Virus record (IMG/VR): IMGVR_UViG_3300023179_000026
Coordinates: 32,001 to 96,000 of that record
Length of the DNA: 64,000 nt
Reading direction: 5' to 3' (one strand)
Source: a virus
Numbering within the stretch: the first letter of the stretch is position 1; each line of letters starts with the position of its first letter. The notes below the pieces were generated by a model that did not search any database, was not told the origin of the DNA, and saw nothing but the letters and a program-made list of their open reading frames with translations. The translations under genes and the position numbers were made by a program. Below, piece after piece: positions 35,995 to 46,167 of this stretch.

Positions 35995-36707
35995 GTTTGT
36001 GCAGGAATTAAATATTCATAATCAGCAATACCACTATCTACTGTAATTTTCATAACAGGAGAGTCACTAATGTGAATTACTTTGTCGCCTGGTAAGTCCA
36101 TGATGCTTATAAATTGTTTAACAGGCCATGACCATGATTGCGTAATTTTTCCACTAACCATTGATTCAAAGACAAAATTACCGCTGTGTGTAGAAGCATT
36201 TCCCATATAAATTTTCAAATCACGATTGTCTTGTTTTAAGATAAAGTTAGTTTCATCATTGTTTGCTTGTAATTGCTTCTTCAAACGTTGAATACTGTTA
36301 ACTCTAGGCTCAAACTGTATGTTCCATGTTGCACCTGCAAACTTCATTGGTCTAATCTTTTCTTCAACTAATGCTTGTGACATTAAACGATAATCATTTA
36401 CAAAATCACCTGTTGATGTTTCAAAATGTATGACTGTTGGAATGTTACCTGTTTTTACTATATTAATAGATGCAGTTTCATCATATTCATCAAATCGTAG
36501 AATAGTTCGCAGCTTATTTAAGTTAGGCATTCCAAACACACCTTCAAAATCAGGATGTGGTGTTTTTAATACACCTGATAGTATCACAGTGCGGTCTTCT
36601 GATATTGCATTAATTTTAGTCTCTGTTTCAGTACCTGTTACTTTGATTAGGTCAATAAACCCTAATGCACAAGTATGTTGTATTAAATCTAATAAATTAT
36701 CTCTCAT
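35991..36707 (-). CDS. Sliding clamp (gp45-like)
   Basis: 238 aa two-domain beta pattern next to polB; C-terminal YEYLIPA. Confidence 0.65.
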   Translation of the reverse strand: MRDNLLDLIQHTCALGFIDLIKVTGTETETKINAISEDRTVILSGVLKTPHPDFEGVFGMPNLNKLRTILRFDEYDETASINIVKTGNIPTVIHFETSTGDFVNDYRLMSQALVEEKIRPMKFAGATWNIQFEPRVNSIQRLKKQLQANNDETNFILKQDNRDLKIYMGNASTHSGNFVFESMVSGKITQSWSWPVKQFISIMDLPGDKVIHISDSPVMKITVDSGIADYEYLIPAQT

Positions 36708-36767
36708 ATTATTTCCTTAAATTCTATATTATATTACTCTTTATTATTTTTCAATTACTTTGGATAA

Positions 36768-39488
36768 TCACTCAAAAGAAAACAATGAGTCAAATGTATT
36801 GTTGATATTGGTATTACGTTCTAAATCCCAACCTAAGACACCAAGTAAATTGTCAATCTTTTTATCCACCAATGTATATTCCATGTCACGATCATCAAAT
36901 GGCAAATCTATAAACCATTGTGGTAATCGTAGTTCATCTGTTGGATACGCCACACTTGTAAAACCTAATGCATTATTTCGTAATTTACATACAATAATTT
37001 TAGCACCGTTTGTTATTTTAGTACTATAATTATCATGATTAAGTTGTCTTAAAAAATTCCAATTGATTGAGGCACGAACATGACCTGGCATGTTTACTTT
37101 GTTATCTTTACTGCGATTTAATTTTTCTTCATACAATGTAAGCTTGTTTACTGCTTTAGGACTACCTTTGTTCCAACTTGGCATTGCACGTAGCTTATGT
37201 TTGAATGCTACAATCTTTTCAATAATATTTTCACGTGTAGAACCACTAAGTACATCTTCTAATACACTAAACAAAAATTCTTGTACAAATTTTGGTGTAT
37301 CAGCACGTTTCAAATCTAATCCCATGGCTTTAATTTTACCAAGCTTGCCATCCTTATCTAATCGTTTTCCTTCTTTATCATAGATATTCACCGCATAACG
37401 TTTCTTAGTAATAAACAACCCACGATCAGCAACCAACTCTCGCCCCGCTTTAATAATAGCACCATTGTTTTTTGGACAATGAAATGTATTGTACATAAAC
37501 TGTGGGAAACTATTATTCACTGTATTGCCAAGTTCGTCATAAATCATAATTGCGTGTTCTTTGCTCCAACTTTTGGCAAGTTCTACATCCTTTGACCATA
37601 TAGGCCATCCACTGAAATAGCATGAGTCAGTATCACCATATACAATGGCTTCACCTGTATGATCATAATTTCCTGTAATCAATTCATTTAAATAAGCACT
37701 CATATGTTTAACAATTTGTCTACCTGTTAAAGTAACACTTTGTCCAATACGAATGTCATAAAAACGACAATGTACATTTAACAATGCACCATATGCTGAA
37801 TTCAACAGAATTTTGCGTACTAATTGTCGTTTATCATAAAACTCAGCTTCTTCAGGGGTTTTAGCTTCTTTTAATTGTTTTTGAATTTGTTTACGTTCAT
37901 TATACCATCTCGTCAACAACCCAGGTATCACCCCCTCAGACTCATAGGTAAATATTGTACCATTAGCACTGAGCATCCATGGTTTACCACTATTAAAAAT
38001 TAATTCATGAATTTCAGCAGCACTTCCAACATCATGCCCACCTTTTTCCCAATCAATAGTTATAGTGGTTTCACGTTCTTTATTCATTACTGCGTTATAT
38101 TCTAATGAACCAAATAATCCTTCCCATAGGATAGGACCCATTTCACCTTCTACTTCTTCGTTTTCACTAACATTGCGATTCTTTTTCTTATCACGTGCTA
38201 ACTTTTGACTTTTATCATATAAGTATTTTTCAGTAGCTGTTTGACGTAATTGACCAATAATTGTTTCAGGTGCCATGTTTAATGCACGAATAACAGATGG
38301 ATAAAGCGAGTTCAAATCAACTGCAGCTATCCACTCGTGTATACCTTTTTTAGGAAAGGCAACATATGCACCTGCTGCCTTAGTTTCATCATCAGTTTCA
38401 CGTTTGATTTTGTCAGGTATGATTAACCCACGTGAATGTGCTTCATTAATCACAGCTTGTTCAATCATAGCAACACTGCCCATTACAGTAGGTAACAATA
38501 CTGTATTTTGATGTGCAATACTATTTGCTAAATCTAAAAATTTAAGCTTGTCGTGTATCTTAAATAACAACATTGTATCTTGTCTATTGTATTCAATAAA
38601 CGTTTTCCAATCATTGTTATACAGTTGGTCAAGCGTACCTTCATAGGGTGTTTTCTTTTCACCCACTTCCATTTCACCAATATAGTCTAATTTATAACTA
38701 TGTCGTTGTTCATAATTATACTTTTTGTATAATTCAAGATAATCCATATGAATACGACCAACTAAATCATATGTAACTTGTTTTTGGTCAAACTGTACGA
38801 ATTCACGTTGTCTAGGGTATTGGTTTAACAAACAAAAACGCATGGTATCTTCTTTAGACAAAACTTTAGTAACACGATTGACTAAGTATGGTATATCGTA
38901 ACCACTACTGTTCCATCCTGTCAAAACGTCTGCGTCTTGAATCAGTTCTAAAAATGCATCCAACATATCTGCTTCGTTATCAAATACCATAATATTTTCA
39001 AACGATTGTGTAATATTATTGATTTCTTCTTTTGATAATCCTTTTGGTGGAACACATAATGTGATTAGTGAGGTAATCCAATCAAGATACAGCGAAATTG
39101 AATTTACTGCGTTAAATGGATCATTAGGTGGAGCAAATCCATATTCAGGATCAAAGTTTACCTCAATATCAAAAAAACATGTATGTAGTTTAGGTGGAGG
39201 TATATCCAAATAATGATCAGCTAAACAACGAAAAACAGGATTAATGTCACTTTCGTATGTTTTCTTTTTGTTTATGAGGCGTAATTCTTTTTGAAATTCT
39301 GCACGTTTTGATGTAGTAAATTTAGTAAGTGGTTCACCGTCTACCCCACGATACTTACCTTTAGGGTCAGGATAATAAACTACATATTTTGCTTTATGTT
39401 CTTGGTAAACACGGTTAGCTTTTTCATCACGTTCAACGATGAATATAATATCTTTATCACGATCTAGTATTGCGTCAACATAACTCAT
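36768..39488 (-). CDS. Family B DNA polymerase (gp43-like)
   Basis: Exo FDIE, GWN...YD, YN..D; Pol DLNSLYPS, KILLNSAYG, YGDTDS, KKRY; no intein. Confidence 0.97.
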   Translation of the reverse strand: MSYVDAILDRDKDIIFIVERDEKANRVYQEHKAKYVVYYPDPKGKYRGVDGEPLTKFTTSKRAEFQKELRLINKKKTYESDINPVFRCLADHYLDIPPPKLHTCFFDIEVNFDPEYGFAPPNDPFNAVNSISLYLDWITSLITLCVPPKGLSKEEINNITQSFENIMVFDNEADMLDAFLELIQDADVLTGWNSSGYDIPYLVNRVTKVLSKEDTMRFCLLNQYPRQREFVQFDQKQVTYDLVGRIHMDYLELYKKYNYEQRHSYKLDYIGEMEVGEKKTPYEGTLDQLYNNDWKTFIEYNRQDTMLLFKIHDKLKFLDLANSIAHQNTVLLPTVMGSVAMIEQAVINEAHSRGLIIPDKIKRETDDETKAAGAYVAFPKKGIHEWIAAVDLNSLYPSVIRALNMAPETIIGQLRQTATEKYLYDKSQKLARDKKKNRNVSENEEVEGEMGPILWEGLFGSLEYNAVMNKERETTITIDWEKGGHDVGSAAEIHELIFNSGKPWMLSANGTIFTYESEGVIPGLLTRWYNERKQIQKQLKEAKTPEEAEFYDKRQLVRKILLNSAYGALLNVHCRFYDIRIGQSVTLTGRQIVKHMSAYLNELITGNYDHTGEAIVYGDTDSCYFSGWPIWSKDVELAKSWSKEHAIMIYDELGNTVNNSFPQFMYNTFHCPKNNGAIIKAGRELVADRGLFITKKRYAVNIYDKEGKRLDKDGKLGKIKAMGLDLKRADTPKFVQEFLFSVLEDVLSGSTRENIIEKIVAFKHKLRAMPSWNKGSPKAVNKLTLYEEKLNRSKDNKVNMPGHVRASINWNFLRQLNHDNYSTKITNGAKIIVCKLRNNALGFTSVAYPTDELRLPQWFIDLPFDDRDMEYTLVDKKIDNLLGVLGWDLERNTNINNTFDSLFSFE

Positions 39489-39491
39489 AAA

Positions 39492-40123
39492 TTAAGCATT
39501 ATAAAGGAAATTACCTGATACACTTATTCTAGTACCATTAGAACTATAAAATGGATGAACAGAGTGGTTAAGACAAGAAGGAAAGATTAAACATTTATAT
39601 ATCATATTTTTATCAATTTGAATTTGGAACATTCCTAGACTGCCAAGTGGATCTGCATAATTAAAAATAAATGAGCCACCTAAGTTCCTTTTTGCAAAAC
39701 GCCCTGGGTTTAATTGTAGTTCTTCTTCTATATTATATGGCACTTCTAAATATATTACAAATGAAACTAGTCCTGAATGATTATGTATAGGATTAACCTC
39801 ATATTTTTTTTGAAAATTTACCCAACTATTACCAAGTTGTAATTCGTGATTATTCATATTTACAGTATGATAAGAATATAAATTTGTATAATCTACATAA
39901 CTATAAACGTATGGCAATAATAGATTGTTTAAATAATTATGACTTTTTTTAATTTATATTCACATTCAATTTGTCCTGCTAATGCGTGATTAGCAGGGTC
40001 ATATTTGGATGGATATATTTTAATTTCATTGATTTCTTCAATGATTGGAATAAGATCATTTTGTGTTAATTCTATTTCATAATAACCAAGAGTAAATATT
40101 GTTTTAAATTTTATAGAATTCAT
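39492..40123 (-). pseudogene. 2OG-Fe(II) oxygenase split by a single-base frame break
   Basis: Track ORFs 39929..40123 and 39492..39917 join through an A7 run (39944-39950); adding one A gives EYKLKKSHNYLNNLLLPY and 210 aa with SWVN, HNHSG, HSVHP and RISVSGN. Confidence 0.8.
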
Positions 40124-40381
40124 TTACATTGTTTTACCAACTGTAATTAAAATATTTTCCAATAGCTCGTGATCTTGACGTGCTTTACCTAATTCAGCCT
40201 TGTGTGCAATACGAATAGCTTTTTTAAGTACTGCTGCTTTAATATTCATTTCTTCTGCAATAGCTTTAACAGTATCACCCAAACCACTTTGTAGTGTATC
40301 GACCTCATGTAGCACTTGGCAACCTTCAGTAATTAAATGGGTAAGTTTTGCTTTTTGTTCTGCGGAAAATGTAACACTCAT
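40124..40381 (-). CDS. DsbA/GapR-like small DNA-binding protein (start revised)
   Basis: GGAG RBS; 85 aa helical pattern similar to T4 DsbA. Confidence 0.55.
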   Translation of the reverse strand: MSVTFSAEQKAKLTHLITEGCQVLHEVDTLQSGLGDTVKAIAEEMNIKAAVLKKAIRIAHKAELGKARQDHELLENILITVGKTM

Positions 40382-40453
40382 GTATAACTCCTTTGAGAAA
40401 GTACTTAGTGTACACGGTAATTGCAATAAATCAATCTTTTTTGGATAATCAAC

Positions 40454-40977
40454 CTATGCAAACAACTCTTTCAATCTTGGCATGACTGAATTTAAATTAG
40501 TATATAACAATCCAATACCACCTGCTTGGTTAAATGCATCAATTTTTTTAGGTGTGTCATCAATAAGGACAGCAGGTTGATGACCATAGTTAGCATATTT
40601 CCATTTGTTAGGTTCAAAAATGGCTTTTTAGCTACTTCCCATCCTAAATTACTAGCTAACCAATCACGTTTACCTATTTCACTTGCTTTACGACTGTTTT
40701 TAGGATCTACGCCATCGCTGCGTAGCGGTGCACTTAATATGCGCCAATCAATTCGTTTATTGTCCAACCATTCTATCAATCGCATACCATCAACCATAGG
40801 TGGTAAAGAAGCAAAAAAATCTTTAACAGCATTAGGTCCCAACTTTCGTAGGTTATTTACCCTGCTTTCTGTATCAGCACCATCATAATTTAAGATAGCC
40901 TTATTAAAATCAGCTAACACACCATCCATATCAACAAAAACAAATGGTTTGGCTTTCGACACTTCAAAAATTTTCAT
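40454..40977 (-). pseudogene. HAD-family 5'(3')-deoxyribonucleotidase with a single-base frame break
   Basis: DMDGVLADF motif I; the -1 frame after A5 (40625-40629) supplies KWKYA...VLIDDTPKKIDAFNQAGGIGLLY. Confidence 0.82.
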
Positions 40978-41402
40978 ACTCTACAATTCCCTATAACCTT
41001 AGTAATGGTTGTAAATTCACGTGCAATACGCTCATAAAACATTTCAGGTGGGCGTTCACTATAAGTACGATAACCCAAAGCAAGTTGACCCATGTCAACA
41101 TAATAGGATAAACTAGGCCAACGTTTTCTGTTGAGTTTTAACCCATCAATAAGTATACATTCTTCTGCTAGTCTTGTCAATGTAGCTTTTTTTGTTTCAC
41201 CCTCAGTGTTCATTGCTTCCATCAATTTTATGGCAATAGGTTCGTTATTCAGGTGTGGATTTTCCATATGTCTTGCAAACATGTGTACAGTAAATGCTTC
41301 AATTTCAGGGTCTAAATTGACACATGCAGCAGCTTCGGCGGCAATAATTACCTCGTAGCTATGCTTGACATAGGTCATCCAATGTTGCATATTAGTGTTC
41401 AA
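40974..41402 (-). CDS. Hypothetical helical protein
   Basis: 142 aa, overlapping neighbours. Confidence 0.7.
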   Translation of the reverse strand: MNTNMQHWMTYVKHSYEVIIAAEAAACVNLDPEIEAFTVHMFARHMENPHLNNEPIAIKLMEAMNTEGETKKATLTRLAEECILIDGLKLNRKRWPSLSYYVDMGQLALGYRTYSERPPEMFYERIAREFTTITKVIGNCRV

Positions 41403-42636
41403 GTAATAGAGTTATAATTACATCATTACGGTTAGCACTATCGTCTCCATCGCCTGGGACTACGACAACGTTCCAATATGGTTCGCCATTTGATTTTACA
41501 CCATCTTTAAATGTCATCATTTGGTCATAGGTAATAATCGTATTTGGTTTAATACCATATTTTTGGGCAGCACGTTGTTTAAATGTTTCCCACGCTTCAG
41601 CATTTTTCCAACGCAATTTATTATTTGCATCACGTCCCATCAAATCAGTAAACATTTCACGGTCTACAATTTCACTACGTTTGACTTCTTGACCTGTTTG
41701 TTTTTTATAGATATCAACTTTTTTGTATTCACCTGATTTAGCACCCATAGAAAAATTAATTCTAAAGTTTTGTGGACGCTGACTTGTTGCTACATCGCCC
41801 ATTTTAGTATAGGCGTAAAATTGTACGTCAGGAAACTTTCTAGCTACATCATACGCCAAGTTTAAATATTCAGGGCTAAAGAAATCACCCGCATCATGCC
41901 AACGAATAATAACTTGTGTACCCTTTTTCTGATATTTTTCCCTAGCTGATTCAATTTCACTTTCAAGCATTGCTTTCCATCCATCAGGATCATTTAATAG
42001 AAAGTTTAATGACCTAGATCCTGCTTCAGATGGTGGGGCATATTGCACATAACCACCCTTCATAGCATAACATACTTGGACGCATTTACCTGCGCCTGGG
42101 CAGGTGTTGACTACTACAAATTTTTGTCTATCTTCATCAACTGCTAAACCAACTAATGCAGGTAATCCAATGTTAAAAAATATACTACTGCTTCCATCAC
42201 TATGTTGCATTTTTTCATTTTGTTTAAGCAACTTTTTAGGACGTTGCATAACAGATGCCATTAGTTTTGGTAAATCATATAATTGATTATTTCCATCAAC
42301 AATAGGTACTGTTCCACTATGAATATATGGGCGTATTAACTTATCTTGTTTAAATCGTTTGTAAATGTCATATTCCTCACCTGACATTTTTCCAAGCTGT
42401 TTTTTACTTGGTCTACGATACTTTTTTTGTAATTCAGGACTAAGTTTTCTACGAAGATAATCAGTTAACTCATCTTCAGGATAATCACGGCGTGGCGCAC
42501 CCAAAAATTTTTCAGCTTCATCTAATTCTTGTTCATCTTGAACAAACTGTTGCAACGACATAATTTGTACTCCTGAGGCTGCGCCTGGGAAATCAGACTT
42601 TAATGCATTTTCAAATAATAGTTCGCTAATTTTCAT
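41392..42636 (-). CDS. GP88-like (radical-SAM-related) protein
   Basis: LPA...TCPGAGKCVQVCYA, RWHDAGDF, FYAYTK; TAAATA at 42656-42661. Confidence 0.75.
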   Translation of the reverse strand: MKISELLFENALKSDFPGAASGVQIMSLQQFVQDEQELDEAEKFLGAPRRDYPEDELTDYLRRKLSPELQKKYRRPSKKQLGKMSGEEYDIYKRFKQDKLIRPYIHSGTVPIVDGNNQLYDLPKLMASVMQRPKKLLKQNEKMQHSDGSSSIFFNIGLPALVGLAVDEDRQKFVVVNTCPGAGKCVQVCYAMKGGYVQYAPPSEAGSRSLNFLLNDPDGWKAMLESEIESAREKYQKKGTQVIIRWHDAGDFFSPEYLNLAYDVARKFPDVQFYAYTKMGDVATSQRPQNFRINFSMGAKSGEYKKVDIYKKQTGQEVKRSEIVDREMFTDLMGRDANNKLRWKNAEAWETFKQRAAQKYGIKPNTIITYDQMMTFKDGVKSNGEPYWNVVVVPGDGDDSANRNDVIITLLLEH

Positions 42637-42668
42637 AGTAAAAATACCTTTACAGTATTTATTATAAA

Positions 42669-43370
42669 TTAACCAAATCCAAACATACCATAATGTTTGG
42701 ACATAGCATATGGAGCAATGAATACTTTACCCCCAATTTTTCTCCATTCAGTACAAAAATGATAATCTTCAGATAACAAATTTACATCAATACTTGTTTG
42801 AAAAAATGCATATATAGTTCTTCCTGTATATTCATTCCAATTTCCAATATAGGTAGGCGTATGTGAGGCAAGTTTTTGAAAAACTTTTCGTTTAATTAAC
42901 ATATAACCTGTACCTGCATGAAGTACTTCTTTAAGCTTATTAGATTCAATGTCAATTTTTGGACTTTCATGATCTACGGGATTAAAGATATACCATGTAC
43001 TACAAAGAGATAATTTGTCAGTTGGGCAACCATTTTTAACTGCATTTTCTACCCATTCCCAATTAATCATTTTAGACGGGTAAATTCCACATATTAAGTC
43101 AACATTCTCTTGTAACATACGAATAACATCAGGTGGATTAATAATTATATCAGCGTCAAGGAATAATAAATGAGTACAATCGGATACCATAAAATCATTG
43201 ACAAAATTATCTCTTGCACGTGTAATTAACGATTGGTCATACATAAAATGGTATTCAAAATGCCATTTTTTCTTTCTAAATTCTTCAACTAATTTTATAA
43301 CGGAGTCAGCGAATAACCCGTGACATTGACCACCATACATCGGTGTGGCTAGAAAAACTCTTGGTTTCAT
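42669..43370 (-). CDS. GT-A fold glycosyltransferase-like protein
   Basis: ATPMYGG, SLITRARD, HLLFLDADI (DxD), GTGYMLIKR, SEDY.FC. Confidence 0.8.
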   Translation of the reverse strand: MKPRVFLATPMYGGQCHGLFADSVIKLVEEFRKKKWHFEYHFMYDQSLITRARDNFVNDFMVSDCTHLLFLDADIIINPPDVIRMLQENVDLICGIYPSKMINWEWVENAVKNGCPTDKLSLCSTWYIFNPVDHESPKIDIESNKLKEVLHAGTGYMLIKRKVFQKLASHTPTYIGNWNEYTGRTIYAFFQTSIDVNLLSEDYHFCTEWRKIGGKVFIAPYAMSKHYGMFGFG

Positions 43371-43426
43371 TATTACTCCACGTAAGTATGCTTATTTACG
43401 TGATTCAAAATTATAATTAAATTTTG

Positions 43427-45730
43427 TTAGGATGAGCCAAAAAACTTATTCATCAAAGCTTTTTGTTTTTTAGGTTTTGCTCCAAGTACAGGACTAATAT
43501 TAGCTACCTTGTCAGTGCCACTTAAATATTTTGGGTTACGTTTGTCCTCTTTAGTATAACGTGGGTCTTTAGGATCATACTCAGTACCAAACGCACTCTT
43601 AACTTGTGACGAATTGAATATGATATAAGACATATCTATATAGTCAGCTTGTTTTTGCAAATACTGATGCGCTTCTTGCTCAGCTTCTTCAGGTGTATCA
43701 CCTTCACCAATAGGTAAAGTAGGCATAACATTATCAGGTAAATATGCTACGTACTTTGATCCTTCTTTTTTAATCGTAAAATTAATGCGCTCATCAGGTC
43801 GCAATGTTCGCTTACCTTCATTAGTATTACGATATTGTATACCATCATATCCCGCATCAAACAATGAACGTGCTAATTCAGCATAGATTGTTGCTTTACA
43901 ATCATCCCAATCCATGTCACGATCTCTACGAATTGCATCAAGTTCGTTATATTCTTTTTGGTTAATAATCTTTTTCTTAAATAAAAAATTCATAACTTGA
44001 CGTAAATGTTCTTCATCAGGACCAAATATGTCAGGCATCGTAAATGGGTTAGTAATCTTTAAATAAACAGGAATTACACGTGCTCCACTATATTTGGCAA
44101 ACTCATTAGCTGCTTCACGATTGCCAAAATGTATACCAAAATCACGATATAAATTTTTAAACGTTGAAAAATCATTAGATGTACCATGATATACAATCAT
44201 AGGAGCACCATTGGTATCAACTACTTTACTATTGCCAAACCACGCTCTTAAATTTTCCTCACGACCTTCTTCTAGTTCTTTTAGAAAACTCATTGACTCT
44301 TTGTTAATATTAGGATTAGTTGGGTTAAATTCACCTGTATTAAATACTGATTTAATTTGTGTATTATCAAATGCAACAATCTCTCTAATATCACCTATCT
44401 TAGCCCTACCCTGAAATATTATGCCATCATATCCTTCACTTTGTAATTGTTTCTTATATTGTATTGCTTTACTCATAGGCCATTTGTTCTCAATTTCATC
44501 AATCAATGATAACGGTTCAACTTTTGGCTTTTGTATGGACAAATATACAGGCATGATAACAGCATCGTCTTTGTCAAAACCACGTCCTGCATAACGTTCA
44601 GCATAAGATGGGTCATCCGTAAAAAAATGCCCTAGATGTTTTTGTGCCGTGTTAAATTTGGGATAGTTTTTTAATTTTCTGCCTTTCTGAAACACACTGA
44701 AGTCTCTATCAGTACCATGATAAACTCGTAATGGCTTACCACTTGCATCTACAATTTTACTATTTTTAAACCAATTTTTAAAATTTTCTTCAGATTTTAT
44801 ATCAATATTTGTTGCACTTTTAAGTTTAAGTTTAGGTTTTTTCTCTGCAGGTCTAGGTGTGTCAAAATCCACATCAATAACGTCAACTTTTTCTTCTTTA
44901 GTAATATCAGGTTCATCCCTACCAAATGTACCAACATTATATATAGACTTGATTTGATATTGTTCAAATGGGCGATAAGTTAAAATAATGGGTGTACCCT
45001 CAGCACCAAGTTCTAACTCTTTTCCATCACGTGGTTCATATTTCTGTGCACCTGCTTCAAAAACATCTTTTAAAATGACCCCATCATATCCCATACCTTG
45101 TAGGTAACTTACAATATCTTCACTATCTGCAATAGTATATGTATCTATAACCGTATTGTCTAGTGCATCCTCAATCGAACTAATATCGTCTGCTTCACCC
45201 CATGTGTCAATTTGATCGGAAAGGTCACGAAATCCTTTTATTCTAAAACCATCATCATCATAAGCATTAATTTCAAATCTTGCGCCTGTTTTGTATATGA
45301 TTTCATCTAAATCATATATCATATAGGACACATCTCTCCAACCTAGTTTTTTACGTCCACCATCAGGTACATTTAGATCGCTAGGCACCGTATTAATAAA
45401 ATCTATTAATGATATTGTTTCGTTATAACGGGTAAGGTCTAATGGTTTAACAATACGTAAATATGCTGCGATTACAGTAGAACCACTACCATATTGTCTT
45501 GTATCTAAATGTCTAGCATATACACTAGCTGCTGCAGGGTCATTCGTAAATGATGGTACTGCACGACCTTGTGTTAATTTAAATTCTGTGGCAGTAGGTC
45601 GCTTACGTGTACCACGATATACAACAAGTGGGTTGCCATTACTATCAACCACTTTACTATTACCAAACCAACTACGAAATGCTTTTGTCTCTCTAGCCTT
45701 TTGGTACTCTAATAACTGCCCAATTTTCAT
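43427..45730 (-). CDS. Protein with three tandem ADP-ribosyltransferase (ART-PolyVal-like) domains
   Basis: Three copies of WF.NSK(V/I)VD..G.P..VY(H/R)GT ... (P/A)VYL...P ... GYDG ... Q(I/V)KS. Confidence 0.8.
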   Translation of the reverse strand: MKIGQLLEYQKARETKAFRSWFGNSKVVDSNGNPLVVYRGTRKRPTATEFKLTQGRAVPSFTNDPAAASVYARHLDTRQYGSGSTVIAAYLRIVKPLDLTRYNETISLIDFINTVPSDLNVPDGGRKKLGWRDVSYMIYDLDEIIYKTGARFEINAYDDDGFRIKGFRDLSDQIDTWGEADDISSIEDALDNTVIDTYTIADSEDIVSYLQGMGYDGVILKDVFEAGAQKYEPRDGKELELGAEGTPIILTYRPFEQYQIKSIYNVGTFGRDEPDITKEEKVDVIDVDFDTPRPAEKKPKLKLKSATNIDIKSEENFKNWFKNSKIVDASGKPLRVYHGTDRDFSVFQKGRKLKNYPKFNTAQKHLGHFFTDDPSYAERYAGRGFDKDDAVIMPVYLSIQKPKVEPLSLIDEIENKWPMSKAIQYKKQLQSEGYDGIIFQGRAKIGDIREIVAFDNTQIKSVFNTGEFNPTNPNINKESMSFLKELEEGREENLRAWFGNSKVVDTNGAPMIVYHGTSNDFSTFKNLYRDFGIHFGNREAANEFAKYSGARVIPVYLKITNPFTMPDIFGPDEEHLRQVMNFLFKKKIINQKEYNELDAIRRDRDMDWDDCKATIYAELARSLFDAGYDGIQYRNTNEGKRTLRPDERINFTIKKEGSKYVAYLPDNVMPTLPIGEGDTPEEAEQEAHQYLQKQADYIDMSYIIFNSSQVKSAFGTEYDPKDPRYTKEDKRNPKYLSGTDKVANISPVLGAKPKKQKALMNKFFGSS

Positions 45731-46167
45731 CCACGGTCTTTTTTCAATATGCTACGTAGCATCCATGAATGTTTTGCGTGACTATCAATACGTCCTGCTA
45801 TAAAATCAGCAATACCTTGCTCATCTTCTGCTTCACATTGATGGAATGTTTCTTTTAATAATACAATAATTTTTTGATTATCTTCGTACAATTCTGCCAT
45901 CATTAACTCAGCACGTGGGATTTGTTGTTGCTCATCAATAATACTTAACTCTTGATACCTTGTCATTGAGCCAGGCGCATATGAGTCTAACTGACGAATT
46001 ATTTCAGCTAATTGATCAATACTACCATATACTTCATTATATAAGTCACCTAAAAATGCGTGATACTGTGGAAAGTTTGGTCCTTCTACGTTCCAATGAA
46101 ACCCTGCTGCCTTAATATAAAAAGCAAATGATGTTCCTAACACTTGCTTTAACTTATCTTTTAACAT
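45727..46167 (-). CDS. dps: Dps-family ferritin-like protein
   Basis: FHWNVEGPNF, H..L..LY, DQLAE, K.SWML. Confidence 0.92.
   Translation of the reverse strand: MLKDKLKQVLGTSFAFYIKAAGFHWNVEGPNFPQYHAFLGDLYNEVYGSIDQLAEIIRQLDSYAPGSMTRYQELSIIDEQQQIPRAELMMAELYEDNQKIIVLLKETFHQCEAEDEQGIADFIAGRIDSHAKHSWMLRSILKKDRG

Noticed and set aside
2002-39488. Inteins or group I introns in nrdA, nrdB, helicase, primase or polB
   Set aside because: All have normal length and continuous motifs
40620-40635. Programmed frameshift in the HAD gene
   Set aside because: The heptamer is imperfect and the unshifted product would be catalytically dead; an indel is simpler
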